This document shows positions 19,440 to 29,750 of a stretch of DNA of 64,000 nucleotides, piece by piece. The stretch covers positions 640,001 through 704,000 of the forward strand of contig CAVSHF010000003.1 of the NCBI GenBank assembly GCA_963727805.1. Reading direction: 5' to 3'. The position numbers and the translations under genes were made by a program. The first letter of the stretch is position 1. Each line of letters opens with the position of its first letter. The notes under the pieces are model-generated. The model did not search any database. It saw only the letters and a program-made list of their open reading frames with translations, and had not been told where the DNA came from. The DNA is from an uncultured Nitrospiraceae bacterium (GTDB lineage: Bacteria > Nitrospirota > Thermodesulfovibrionia > Thermodesulfovibrionales > Dissulfurispiraceae).

Positions 19440-20558
19440 ATGGAACATCGCAAGTCACTTCCCCATCTATTCGACGGGCACACGACCCTTTATAAAGAGG
19501 ACTATTTCAGGCACTTGCTGTCCCTGGAGAGAAAGAGGGCTGAGCGCACAAAAAAGCATTTCCTTCTGATGAAGCTGCACGTCGAAAAGGTCCTTGAGAA
19601 TGATAGCCACAATGAAAAAAAGAGAGATATCGCAGCAGCCCTTGCCAAGGCAACCCGGGACATCGACGTGAAGGGCTGGTTCGAGCACGGCTCCAAAATA
19701 GGCGTCATCTTCACAGACGCGGGGGCAGCAGACATGGATCTACTAAGGCGAAAGGTCCGGCACAGTTTAACGGCGATGCCCAGCCTCATGGATGCTGGGA
19801 CTATACGCATTACCTTCCGGGTTTTCCCTGATGACATTTCCATTACCGGCGACAATGAATCGGCGAATATTGTTTTTTATTCGGCCTGCCGGAAGCAGCC
19901 CCTATTAACAATGCTTGCGCTCATATTTAAAAGGGCAGTTGACCTCATCGGCAGCATTGCAGCCTTTATCATCTTTTGGCCCTTATTCCTTATTGTTGCC
20001 GTCTTGATTAAGCTGACCTCAAAGGGGCCGGTTTTGTTCAAACAGTACCGCTTGGGGCAATATGGGAAAAAATTCACTTTTTATAAATTCAGGACAATGT
20101 TCATCAATAACAATCCGAAGATCCATCAGGACTACATCAAGAAACTCATAAGCGAAAAAAAGGCTTCATCTATCGAAGACGGTAAGAATGGCAAGAAATG
20201 CGTTTACAAGATAAAGAACGATCCCCGGGTCACCCCCATTGGGCACTTTTTGCGCAAAACCAGCCTGGATGAATTACCACAATTCATAAACGTACTGAAA
20301 GGGGAAATGTCCCTCGTTGGACCCCGGCCCCCAATTCCCTATGAACTTGACAATTATGACTTGTGGCACCTGCGAAGGGTTATGAAGGTCAAACCAGGAA
20401 TAACCGGGCTTTGGCAGGTCAAGGGCAGAAGCAGGACAACATTCGATGAAATGGTCAGAATGGATATTCAATATGTATCCAGCTGGTCGCCGTGGTTCGA
20501 TATAAAACTCCTTTTCCAGACAGTATGGGTCATCTTAACCGGAAAAGGCGGATACTGA
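19440..20558 (+). CDS. Priming polyprenyl glycosylphosphotransferase (sugar transferase) with an N-terminal degenerate GGDEF-like domain
   Basis: [29 protein letters not shown] and [10 protein letters not shown], preceded by an extra ~150-aa N-terminal domain. Confidence 0.92.
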   Translation: MEHRKSLPHLFDGHTTLYKEDYFRHLLSLERKRAERTKKHFLLMKLHVEKVLENDSHNEKKRDIAAALAKATRDIDVKGWFEHGSKIGVIFTDAGAADMDLLRRKVRHSLTAMPSLMDAGTIRITFRVFPDDISITGDNESANIVFYSACRKQPLLTMLALIFKRAVDLIGSIAAFIIFWPLFLIVAVLIKLTSKGPVLFKQYRLGQYGKKFTFYKFRTMFINNNPKIHQDYIKKLISEKKASSIEDGKNGKKCVYKIKNDPRVTPIGHFLRKTSLDELPQFINVLKGEMSLVGPRPPIPYELDNYDLWHLRRVMKVKPGITGLWQVKGRSRTTFDEMVRMDIQYVSSWSPWFDIKLLFQTVWVILTGKGGY

Positions 20559-20589
20559 TTATTAATTTCCTATTTTTGCGGAGGAATCC

Positions 20590-21660
20590 ATGGAATGCAA
20601 TACGATAAAGGATGATACTCATACAGAGCCTGAAGAAGGCAATGGCAAGGGGCGAGACATTCTTAATGTAGGAGTAATCGGATACGGTTACTGGGGCCCT
20701 AATATCGTGCGCAACTTCAGCGGCATAGATCATGCCTGCGTCTCCATGGTCTGCGACGCCAACCATGCCTCTTTGGCGAGGGTGAGTAAAAGCTATCCTC
20801 ATATGGCTGTTACCTCCGACAGCGACGATATCCTGTTGTCTTCCGAAATCGATGCCGTCGCCGTAATCACCCCGGTTTCATCGCACTTCGCCCTCGCCAA
20901 AAAGGCCCTTCTCAACGGGAAGCACGTATTCGTTGAAAAGCCCTTTACCGGGACGACGGCGCAGGCCGAGGAATTGATCGAACTGGCCGAACAGAAAGGC
21001 CTCAAGATCATGGTCGACCATACCTTCATCTTCACTGGTGCCGTCAGAAAGATGAAGCAGCTCGTCGATGACGGCGTGCTCGGTTCGATTTATTACTACG
21101 ACTCGATCAGGGTAAATCTCGGTCTGTTTCAGCATGACTGCAACGTGATTTGGGACCTTGCCCCGCACGACTTTGCGATTATGGATTACCTCATAAGCGA
21201 AAAGCCTATAGCCGTCTCCGCCAGCGGAAAATCACACTTCAATTGCAAGGAAAATATCGCCTTTGTTACAGCCCATTTCGCCGAAAACATAGTAGCACAT
21301 TTCAATGTAAACTGGCTTTCGCCCGTGAAAGTCCGATTGACCATGCTTGGCGGAGAGAAAAAGATGGTCGTCTGGAACGACGCGGTAGCTGATGAAAAGA
21401 TAAAGATTTACGATAAAGGGGTCGAAGTCTCTACAAAAGATGGCATTTATGATCTTCTTGTAAGCTACCGGTCCGGGGACATGTTAGTCCCCAGAGTCGA
21501 ACAGACCGAGGCCTTAAGGATGGAGGCTGACTATTTCGTCCGCTGTATCCGTGACAATGAAACACCTATTAATGACGGCCATGCCGGCCTGAGGATTGTA
21601 AAGATGCTCGAGGCATGTGACAAGTCATTGAAAAAACAAGGAGAGATCGCATATCTATGA
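20590..21660 (+). CDS. Gfo/Idh/MocA NAD-dependent oxidoreductase (nucleotide-sugar dehydrogenase, WbpB-like role)
   Basis: GVIGYGYWG, HVFVEKP and WDLAPHD. Confidence 0.9.
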   Translation: MECNTIKDDTHTEPEEGNGKGRDILNVGVIGYGYWGPNIVRNFSGIDHACVSMVCDANHASLARVSKSYPHMAVTSDSDDILLSSEIDAVAVITPVSSHFALAKKALLNGKHVFVEKPFTGTTAQAEELIELAEQKGLKIMVDHTFIFTGAVRKMKQLVDDGVLGSIYYYDSIRVNLGLFQHDCNVIWDLAPHDFAIMDYLISEKPIAVSASGKSHFNCKENIAFVTAHFAENIVAHFNVNWLSPVKVRLTMLGGEKKMVVWNDAVADEKIKIYDKGVEVSTKDGIYDLLVSYRSGDMLVPRVEQTEALRMEADYFVRCIRDNETPINDGHAGLRIVKMLEACDKSLKKQGEIAYL

Positions 21661-22136
21661 AATATCTTTCAATAGCCGATGACGTCAAACTCGGCAAGGA
21701 TGTAAAGCTTGCCAATTTCATCAACCTTTACGGCTGCTCCATCGGAGATAACACAAAGATCGGCACGTTCGTGGAAGTCCAGAAGAATGCTTCAATAGGC
21801 AGGAACTGCAAGATTCAGAGTCATACTTTTATATGCGAAGGCGTGACAATAGAGGACGACTGTTTTATCGGCCACAGCGTTACTTTCATAAATGACACCT
21901 ATCCCCGCGCCACGAATACCAGCGGCTCATTGCAGAGCGAGGCTGACTGGAAAGTGGAACCCACGATCGTTAAAAAAGGGGCCACGATCGGCTCGGGTTC
22001 GACGATACTGAGCAACGTGACAATCGGCAAAAACGCGATAGTCGGCGCCGGAAGCGTGGTAACGAAAGATGTAGCTGCTAATACGATTGTGGCCGGCAAT
22101 CCGGCTAAATTCATCCGTGAGATAATTTATGAGTGA
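21657..22136 (+). CDS. Hexapeptide-repeat N-acyltransferase (WbpD/FdtC-like)
   Basis: Left-handed beta-helix repeats, FINDTYPR and VGAGSVVTKDV..GNPA. Confidence 0.9.
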   Translation: MKYLSIADDVKLGKDVKLANFINLYGCSIGDNTKIGTFVEVQKNASIGRNCKIQSHTFICEGVTIEDDCFIGHSVTFINDTYPRATNTSGSLQSEADWKVEPTIVKKGATIGSGSTILSNVTIGKNAIVGAGSVVTKDVAANTIVAGNPAKFIREIIYE

Positions 22137-23307
22137 AATGAAAGTGCCCTTCATCGACCTTATTACTCCGCACGCTGAAATGGAGGAAGAACTTTTGGCG
22201 GTCTATAAACAAGCACTTGGGACAGCGGGCTTTATAGGCGGACCGATGGTCCAGAAATTTGAAGAAGAATTCGCAAGCGTTTGCGATGCGAAGTATTGCG
22301 TCGGAGTTGGAAGCGGCACCGATGCCCTCAGATTTACGCTGATAGCCGCAGGAGTTAAGCGGAGGACCACAGTCGTAACCGTTCCGAACACGTTCATCGC
22401 GACTACTGAAGCTATCTCACAAGCCGGCGCCCTGATCGACTTCGTGGATGTCGATGATAAGACCTGCAATATGGACGTATCAAAACTGCGCGCCTATCTC
22501 GAAACAAAATGTTTCGTTGACCGCGAGACAGGGGTGCTCGTCAATATAAAAACATTATGCCCCGTCACCGCGATAGTCCCGGTCCATTTGTATGGCCAGC
22601 CGGCCGATATGGACCCGATAATGGAACTTGCAAATAAATATAGGCTGATAGTAATTGAAGACGCATGCCAGGCGCACGGCGCAGAATATTTTTCTAAGAG
22701 GGAGAACCGTTGGCAGAAAGCCGGTTCAATCGGCCATGCCGCTGCCTTTAGCTTCTATCCCGGGAAGAATCTCGGAGCCTGCGGCGAAGCTGGCGCAGTG
22801 ACGACGAATGATGAGTCCATTGCTCGCAAAATTCGCATGATACGAGATCACGGGCAAGCCAAGAAATATTATCATGATATCGAAGGTTATAACGGCAGGC
22901 TCGATGCGATACAGGCCGGCGTCTTGAGCGTGAAACTCAAACAACTCGCAAAGTGGAACGAACTGAGGCAGGCAAACGCACGGCGATACAATGAACTGCT
23001 CTCCGGCATAGACGGAGTAACTATACCATATGAACCGTCATGGTCCAAAGGTGTATATCACCTCTATGTTATCAGGACTAAACAGAGGGACGAGCTTCAA
23101 GCCTTCCTTGCTAAAAACAATATATTTACCGGCCTTCATTATCCCGTACCGCTGCATCTCCAGAAAGCATACGTCTTAAGGGGCTACAGCCAGGGCGACT
23201 TCCCGATAGCCGAAAAGGCAGCTACAGAGATCATCTCTCTCCCCATGTTCCCAGGTCTAAAGGAATCGCAGATTCAGTACGTTGTAGAAAATATAAGACT
23301 AGGATGA
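22129..23307 (+). CDS. DegT/DnrJ/EryC1/StrS sugar aminotransferase
   Basis: PVHLYGQ, IEDACQAHG, SFYPGKNLGA (PLP Lys) and GYNGRLD. Confidence 0.95.
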   Translation: MSEMKVPFIDLITPHAEMEEELLAVYKQALGTAGFIGGPMVQKFEEEFASVCDAKYCVGVGSGTDALRFTLIAAGVKRRTTVVTVPNTFIATTEAISQAGALIDFVDVDDKTCNMDVSKLRAYLETKCFVDRETGVLVNIKTLCPVTAIVPVHLYGQPADMDPIMELANKYRLIVIEDACQAHGAEYFSKRENRWQKAGSIGHAAAFSFYPGKNLGACGEAGAVTTNDESIARKIRMIRDHGQAKKYYHDIEGYNGRLDAIQAGVLSVKLKQLAKWNELRQANARRYNELLSGIDGVTIPYEPSWSKGVYHLYVIRTKQRDELQAFLAKNNIFTGLHYPVPLHLQKAYVLRGYSQGDFPIAEKAATEIISLPMFPGLKESQIQYVVENIRLG

Positions 23308-23328
23308 AGTGCTTGCCTGTCCCACTTT

Positions 23329-24360
23329 ATGTTTGAGATCATTGATCCATTAACAACAGTCAATTATGACGACACGCTTCTATCCACACCAGGAGCATCT
23401 TTTTTTCATACATCTGCATGGGCGCGAGTTCTTGCTGAATCATTTGGCTACGCACCGCATTACTTCGCAAAAAAAACAGGTGAAAGATTTTCAGTCCTTG
23501 TTCCATTCATGGAGATTAACAGTTTCCTAACAGGAAAAAGGGGCATCTCACTCCCTTTCTCGGACCACTGTGATCCGATTATGCCGAACGATAATTCGCT
23601 TTTTGCCTTCTTCAATCATGCTATTGGTTACGGCAATCGACGGGGTTGGAAATACTTAGAACTCCGGCCATCAAATGCACTCCCAGAGGGCATACAGGCG
23701 TCTCAGGTCTTTCTTTCCCACACTATTGACCTTTCAATAAATAGTAAAGAAATTCTGTCTGGTTTTCGGTCTAACACACGCAGCGACATCAAGAAAGCCA
23801 TCAGGTCAGATGTAACGGTCGCGTTCGGCGGGAATGCCGAATTCATGGAGCAGTATTACCGGCTTCATTCTCTTACGCGCAAACACCATGGCATTCCTCC
23901 ACAACCACTCTCTTTCTTCAGAAAACTATTAGAACACGTTGTAAGCAGTGGTAACGGGCAGATCGGACTGGCATACCACGGACAGCACATCATCGCGGGC
24001 GCCGTTTTCTGCAGCTTCGGCAAGCAGGCGCTTTACAAATATGCCGCCTCCGACAAGAACTTCCAGAATGCCAAGCCCAACAACCTGATTTTATGGGAAG
24101 CTGTGCAGAAATATTCATCCATGGGATATGATTCACTCTGCCTTGGTCGCACCGACACTGAAAACAAAGGTCTCATCCATTTTAAGCGAGGATGGGCAGG
24201 GAGGGAAAGCACGAGCGAGTACTGCAAGTACGACCTGAAGCAGAGCATATATATGAAACAAAATTCAAAACTCCATGGATTTCATAATAAATTATTCTCC
24301 AACATGCCGCTTCCTCTTTTGAGATTGGCAGGGGATCTTTTATATAAACACATTGGCTAA
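23329..24360 (+). CDS. FemAB-related GNAT-fold protein
   Basis: SLPFSD, YLELR, HGIPPQP, NNLILWE and LGRT..GLIHFKRGW, typical of PEP-CTERM-locus FemAB-like proteins. Confidence 0.82.
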   Translation: MFEIIDPLTTVNYDDTLLSTPGASFFHTSAWARVLAESFGYAPHYFAKKTGERFSVLVPFMEINSFLTGKRGISLPFSDHCDPIMPNDNSLFAFFNHAIGYGNRRGWKYLELRPSNALPEGIQASQVFLSHTIDLSINSKEILSGFRSNTRSDIKKAIRSDVTVAFGGNAEFMEQYYRLHSLTRKHHGIPPQPLSFFRKLLEHVVSSGNGQIGLAYHGQHIIAGAVFCSFGKQALYKYAASDKNFQNAKPNNLILWEAVQKYSSMGYDSLCLGRTDTENKGLIHFKRGWAGRESTSEYCKYDLKQSIYMKQNSKLHGFHNKLFSNMPLPLLRLAGDLLYKHIG

Positions 24361-24686
24361 GAATAAAATATCTTTTCCTTTGTCATTGTTTCTATCCTGG
24401 GGGATTAACTTCATTCTCTGACCACTTAAATTATTTTTATGCTTTGAACTTTAGCTATCACAAGCATTTAACTAATCTAAAAGGTTCTTTTTCGTCTATT
24501 TTTAATACGAGACTTATCTAATGTTATAGCGGAAGATGACGATATAAAGTATGTTATTCACTGATAATCATAAATTTAATAAAAGGGTGCACTCGGATCT
24601 CCAACACAACGTTTTACAGAAGAAATCCAGTGGAACTAACTCCGTATTTTAGAGTAGTAAATAAGTAAACTAGGGGGATTTTCGAA

Positions 24687-26891
24687 TTGTATAGGCATTG
24701 GAATAGTCTCTATTACATAATTAAACCATTTATTCCGAGGCGCTTGCAGATAGCACTGCGGCGCCAGCTTATCCTTCACAAGAGAGCGTCCTGCAAGAAC
24801 ATCTGGCCTATCGACGAAAATGCTGGGAATGCTCCACAGGGGTGGTCCGGATGGCCGGGCGGCAAAAAGTTTGCACTTGTGCTAACCCACGATGTCGAGG
24901 CCGCAAAAGGACAAGACAAATGCAGCCAGCTAATGGAGCTTGAAAAGACCCTGGGCTTTCGTTCCTCCTTCAATTTTGTCCCGAGACGATATCCTGTATC
25001 TGCGAATCTCCGCAAGAGTCTCGTAAGTGAGGGATTCGAGGTCGGGGTCCACGGGCTTTATCATGATGGCAAGTATTATCATTCGCAGGATCTATTTCGT
25101 GAGCGGGCTAAGGAAATCAATAAATATCTGAAATCCTGGGGTGCAGTAGGATTCCGCTCACCGGCTATGCTTCACAATCTAGATTGGATACGCGATTTAA
25201 ACATCGAATATGACGCTTCGACATTCGATTCAGACCCCTTCGAGCCACAGCCAGATGGGATGGGAACCATTTTCCCCTTCTATGTAAATGGTGATTCCAG
25301 TCGCAAGGGGTATATCGAATTGCCCTACACTCTGCCCCAAGACTTCACATTGTTCAATCTGATGAAAGAAAATGACATAGACATCTGGAAGAAAAAACTT
25401 GACTGGATCGCGGATAAAGGTGGCATGGGACTTGTCAACGTACATCCGGATTATATGAACTTTGATGAATCATCTCTCGGGGTTGAAGAATATCCGGCGA
25501 GATTCTACAAAGACTTCCTCGAATATATAAAGGAGAAGTATGCGGGACAGTACTGGCATGTGTTGCCCAGAGAGATGGCAGAATTTTGTAACAGCTTACG
25601 CCAGAACTCTGATGGTGGCCTCAAACGTTATATCTCATCGGCAGAAACAGTCAAACCGAGAATTCTGATGATTGTGGAATACAGTTATCCATCTGATACG
25701 CGCGTGAGAAAGGAAGCAACCACACTAAAAGACTCATTCGACGTTACCGTTATATCTTTAAAGAGACACTATAAAAAATGGCATGAACATGTCGATGGGG
25801 TCGAGGTATTCAGAATCCCCGAGATAGTACTTCCAATGAATTCCAGTCGAAATCGCCTTATCAGGCTTCTTGTAAGCATCATGAACTATACCCTGCAGTA
25901 TTCATTCTTCACGTCAGTATCCTTAGGCCTTTTTTTATTGACCCACATCAGACGACGGTATAAGGTAATACATGCCCATAACCCACCCGACACCCTATTT
26001 CTGGTTGGCCTTATCGGAAAACTCTTTTCGGTCAAGTTTGTTTACGACCATCATGACCTGGCACCGGACCTTTACCTATCGCGTTATATGGGTAAAACGG
26101 ACATTGCCCATAAGATTCTTCTGCTATGCGAGAAATTATCCTGCAAGCTTGCGGATGTCGTTATAGCTACCAATGCATCTTACAAAGAGATTGAGATAAC
26201 TAGACATGGGATAGAACCCGACAAAATACGTATAGTGAGGAATGATCCTATAATTAAAGAGTTTTCCGGCAACTCCGACAAAACAAAAAGGGAAAACAAT
26301 AGGAAAATAACTATCCTCTACATCGGAAGCATCAACCCACAAGACGGAGTTGAAATCCTGCTAGATGTACTTAATTACCTTGTAAACCATTTAAGTGAGA
26401 AGAATATCTTATGTCGTATTGTTGGCAACGGGGACTCTCTTGAGGACCTCAAGACGAGAGCCGTGGAGCTCGATCTCATGGATTATCTGGAATTTACCGG
26501 GTATATTTACGAAAGAGAAAAGATAAAATACTACCTAGAAACGTCGGACATTTGTGTAGAGCCGGCACCGAGTAGCGCACTCAATGATCACTCAACGTTC
26601 ATAAAAATCATGGAGTATATGGCGGTAAGTAAACCCATAGTTGCTTTTGACTTGAAAGAATCGCGTTACTCTGCTGATGGATGTGCAATACTTGTTAGAC
26701 CAGGAGATATCGAGGGTTTTGCCCTTGCCATTAAGAATCTGCTTGATGATGACTTATTGAGACATAGGCTCGGGAAAGCCGGCTTTACAAGAATTCAAAA
26801 TGAGTTGAACTGGTCTAATGCGTCTATAGATCTAATAGAAGCGTATAAGACAATGTTTCCTTCTGCAGGCTCCACCGCTCATGATGACTAG
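24687..26891 (+). CDS. Fusion of a polysaccharide deacetylase-like domain and a family 4 glycosyltransferase
   Basis: The N-terminal half has LTHDVE, GVHG..H, GFRSP, LPQD and HPDY. The C-terminal half has HAHNPPD, YDHHDL and KIMEYMA..KPIVAFDL. Confidence 0.85.
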   Translation: MYRHWNSLYYIIKPFIPRRLQIALRRQLILHKRASCKNIWPIDENAGNAPQGWSGWPGGKKFALVLTHDVEAAKGQDKCSQLMELEKTLGFRSSFNFVPRRYPVSANLRKSLVSEGFEVGVHGLYHDGKYYHSQDLFRERAKEINKYLKSWGAVGFRSPAMLHNLDWIRDLNIEYDASTFDSDPFEPQPDGMGTIFPFYVNGDSSRKGYIELPYTLPQDFTLFNLMKENDIDIWKKKLDWIADKGGMGLVNVHPDYMNFDESSLGVEEYPARFYKDFLEYIKEKYAGQYWHVLPREMAEFCNSLRQNSDGGLKRYISSAETVKPRILMIVEYSYPSDTRVRKEATTLKDSFDVTVISLKRHYKKWHEHVDGVEVFRIPEIVLPMNSSRNRLIRLLVSIMNYTLQYSFFTSVSLGLFLLTHIRRRYKVIHAHNPPDTLFLVGLIGKLFSVKFVYDHHDLAPDLYLSRYMGKTDIAHKILLLCEKLSCKLADVVIATNASYKEIEITRHGIEPDKIRIVRNDPIIKEFSGNSDKTKRENNRKITILYIGSINPQDGVEILLDVLNYLVNHLSEKNILCRIVGNGDSLEDLKTRAVELDLMDYLEFTGYIYEREKIKYYLETSDICVEPAPSSALNDHSTFIKIMEYMAVSKPIVAFDLKESRYSADGCAILVRPGDIEGFALAIKNLLDDDLLRHRLGKAGFTRIQNELNWSNASIDLIEAYKTMFPSAGSTAHDD

Positions 26892-27193
26892 ATGATCTCC
26901 AATTTAAAAGTAACAAACCTCTTCGAGAATATAGCGTAAACACCTTTGCCAAAATGCCCAAAACCCTTTTTTCGGCTGATGCCAGCATGATTCTCGTTCG
27001 GAACCTGTCGGCAAATGATTATGTCGTAGTGGAACTTGCCGCCATATTTATCGATTCCCCGGCCAGATTTATCGACACTGGGATTGATGACTCAGTAGTA
27101 CCAAAAGACCGATTAGATATCGCAGAGTTACAAGCGGTATACAAATGTACCTGTGCATAGTTCGAACCCTTTCAAGATAAGTCACAGCCTAAT

Positions 27194-28066
27194 ATGAGTC
27201 TGACAATAAATTATGTTGTAATAACCCCGGTAAGAGATGAGGAGCGTCACATAGAAAAAACAATTCTTTCTATGGCTTCTCAGCGAGTGCTTCCTCAAGA
27301 GTGGGTTGTGATTGATGATGGTTCTACTGACAGGACAGGGACGATCCTAGACCAGTGCAGTAAGAATTATGCATGGATGCGTGTTTTTCATCGTGAGAAT
27401 AGAGGCTTTCGGAAGTCGGGCGGCGGTGTGATCGAAGCTTTTTACTATGGCTTGAGCAATTTGTCAACTCTTGACTGGGACTATATCGTAAAGCTGGATG
27501 GAGATCTTTCCTTTAGCCCCGACTATTTTGAGAAGTGTTTTGATCACTTTGCCGCTGAACCGAGACTAGGAATCGGCGGAGGCGATATTTACAATGATGT
27601 CTATGGCAAGCTTATCTCGGAGAAAACAACAACATTCCATGTCAGGGGAGCCACTAAGATATATCGAAAGGCCTGTTGGGATGCTCTAGGCGGCCTTATT
27701 AAGGCACCCGGATGGGACACTCTAGATGAAGTTAAGGCAAATATGCTGGGTTGGCAGACACGTTCTTTTACAGACCTATCACTAATACATCACAAAATGA
27801 CCGGTTCAGCTGATGGAACGTGGGGTGGATGGGTAAAGAACGGCAGAGCGAATTATATTTCCGGATATCATCCGCTTTTTATGCTACTGAAATGCGCCAA
27901 AAGAGTTTACAGGAAACCCTATCTGGTTTGTGCTTTTGGATTATTGTATGGTTTTATGTCGGGGTATATTCAAAAAGTGCCCCAGGTCGAAGACAAGCAT
28001 CTGATAGCCTATCTCAGGAAACAGCAACTTAATAGGCTTTTCATGAGAGAGAGTATTTGGAAGTAG
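27194..28066 (+). CDS. Glycosyltransferase family 2
   Basis: ITPVRDE, DDGSTD, KLDGD and GWDTLDE. Confidence 0.9.
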   Translation: MSLTINYVVITPVRDEERHIEKTILSMASQRVLPQEWVVIDDGSTDRTGTILDQCSKNYAWMRVFHRENRGFRKSGGGVIEAFYYGLSNLSTLDWDYIVKLDGDLSFSPDYFEKCFDHFAAEPRLGIGGGDIYNDVYGKLISEKTTTFHVRGATKIYRKACWDALGGLIKAPGWDTLDEVKANMLGWQTRSFTDLSLIHHKMTGSADGTWGGWVKNGRANYISGYHPLFMLLKCAKRVYRKPYLVCAFGLLYGFMSGYIQKVPQVEDKHLIAYLRKQQLNRLFMRESIWK

Positions 28067-28504
28067 CATGGCATTATAGATTATTATAGTGAATTGAAAC
28101 TCTGCCGAGGCCTCATTTGCAAAATGAACAAGCATTACCCGATAGTACTGGTGAGTGTAAAGTCGATAAGATAATTAGGCATGTAACGTCGACTTCGCAT
28201 AGAGAGAAGTTAGGGACCGGCTATTTATGTTTGGTATATACGGAAAGATGTTTATCAATGATAATCAAAAAAGTCGATCCGATGATCAGTGGAAGAATGT
28301 GTGGCATGATGAGCCATAAGGCCCTGATGATCACGATAGGTCTATCTAGAATCAGACACGGACATCGGCAGACTACCTGTTATTAACTTGCAGACGGGTT
28401 ATTCGCGAAAGTTATTTATCTTTCCATGCACATTGACGCGATCATCATTAAACATGACACCTTGGGGAATGCGGACATTCCCAATTAATTGAGAGGTAAT
28501 AAAA

Positions 28505-29365
28505 ATGGAGTACAAATTAATCAAGGCCTTAGGGTTTTTGAACTTCGTTTTCACATGTGTAAAGCCGCCCAGTAAGGCGTGGCGTTTGCTGATAAGTAAA
28601 GTCCGGCAAAAATACCTGGGTCATGATTGTCAAAATATTGACTTTACTCTATCAGTAAAAGAATTAGATGCAAATGTATTCGTTAATGACATCGAACAGT
28701 TCAGTTATCTATTCAATGTTTTTTTCACTGAGCCGTTTCGCGTGTCAAATAAAGTCGCCGACAACGCGGTGATAATTGATGGCGGAGCAAATATTGGAAT
28801 GACGTCTTTGTATTATGCCTCTTTATATCCGAATGCTAAAATCTATGCCTTTGAACCCTCTAAGCAAAATGTCGAATATTACAAAAAGAATCTAGCAAGT
28901 GTGAATGCAGCTATTGAACAAAAGGCTTTGTGGGATGAGCCATGCGTGTTAAATTTCAATTTCTCAAACTGCTCACGATACCATTCGGCATTTGGAACGG
29001 CGGAATCTACACATAATGAAGAGATCCACGCCATTAGACTAGATGACTGGATACGAAGTAGCAACATAGATCGTATTGATATCCTCAAATTGAATGTTGA
29101 GGGAGCGGAGTTAAAAGTAATTAAGAGTTTGGGTCAAGAAGCCGAAAAAATCTCCACGATAGTGGGTGAACTTCACCCTGAGTTTGTGTCACAAATCGAG
29201 ATAACTGAAGCACTCGGGAATATTGGTTTTGACATTGTTAGACTTGAACGTACAGGCAAAACTGTATCAATTTTTGAGGCTCACAGACGAAAATACAATG
29301 GGTTACATGACCTCAAGAAAAGTCTATGGGATGTACACAAAGTATCCCATGAAAAAGGCAGTTGA
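28505..29365 (+). CDS. FkbM-family methyltransferase
   Basis: IDGGANIG, YAFEP and IDILKLNVEGAE. Confidence 0.9.
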   Translation: MEYKLIKALGFLNFVFTCVKPPSKAWRLLISKVRQKYLGHDCQNIDFTLSVKELDANVFVNDIEQFSYLFNVFFTEPFRVSNKVADNAVIIDGGANIGMTSLYYASLYPNAKIYAFEPSKQNVEYYKKNLASVNAAIEQKALWDEPCVLNFNFSNCSRYHSAFGTAESTHNEEIHAIRLDDWIRSSNIDRIDILKLNVEGAELKVIKSLGQEAEKISTIVGELHPEFVSQIEITEALGNIGFDIVRLERTGKTVSIFEAHRRKYNGLHDLKKSLWDVHKVSHEKGS

Positions 29366-29750
29366 GGGAAGGATGCCAATCGAAATATTTTACGACACAA
29401 GGGTTTCAGGAACCGTACGACGCTGAATTCCAGAAACTGAACGAGTATGTTATACCATTCTTCTCGGTGAGCGCTCTACAAACAGAGGATACTTTGAACG
29501 GGGCGTAATCACAAGTATGCTTGCCACCAATAGCTAATAAGTGGCGAGCCTGGCGGTTATTTCTAAAATGCAAACTCTTGGGCTGTGGCGCCGGTGTTTT
29601 ATTGATCAGTGTTCGTCTCTGGTGAATTGATTAGAATGTTATTCAATTGCCTCGCTAACAGCTAGGGGAAATATTTGTGGCCGCACAAGTCAAATTGCGA
29701 TTAATGAAACAAACTTTTTCACACAGTTTAAACGGAATAACTTTGTAAGT

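Noticed and set aside
26954..27160. 68-aa ORF between the GT4 fusion and GT2
   Set aside because: It has no RBS or recognisable motif, so it cannot be supported as a gene.
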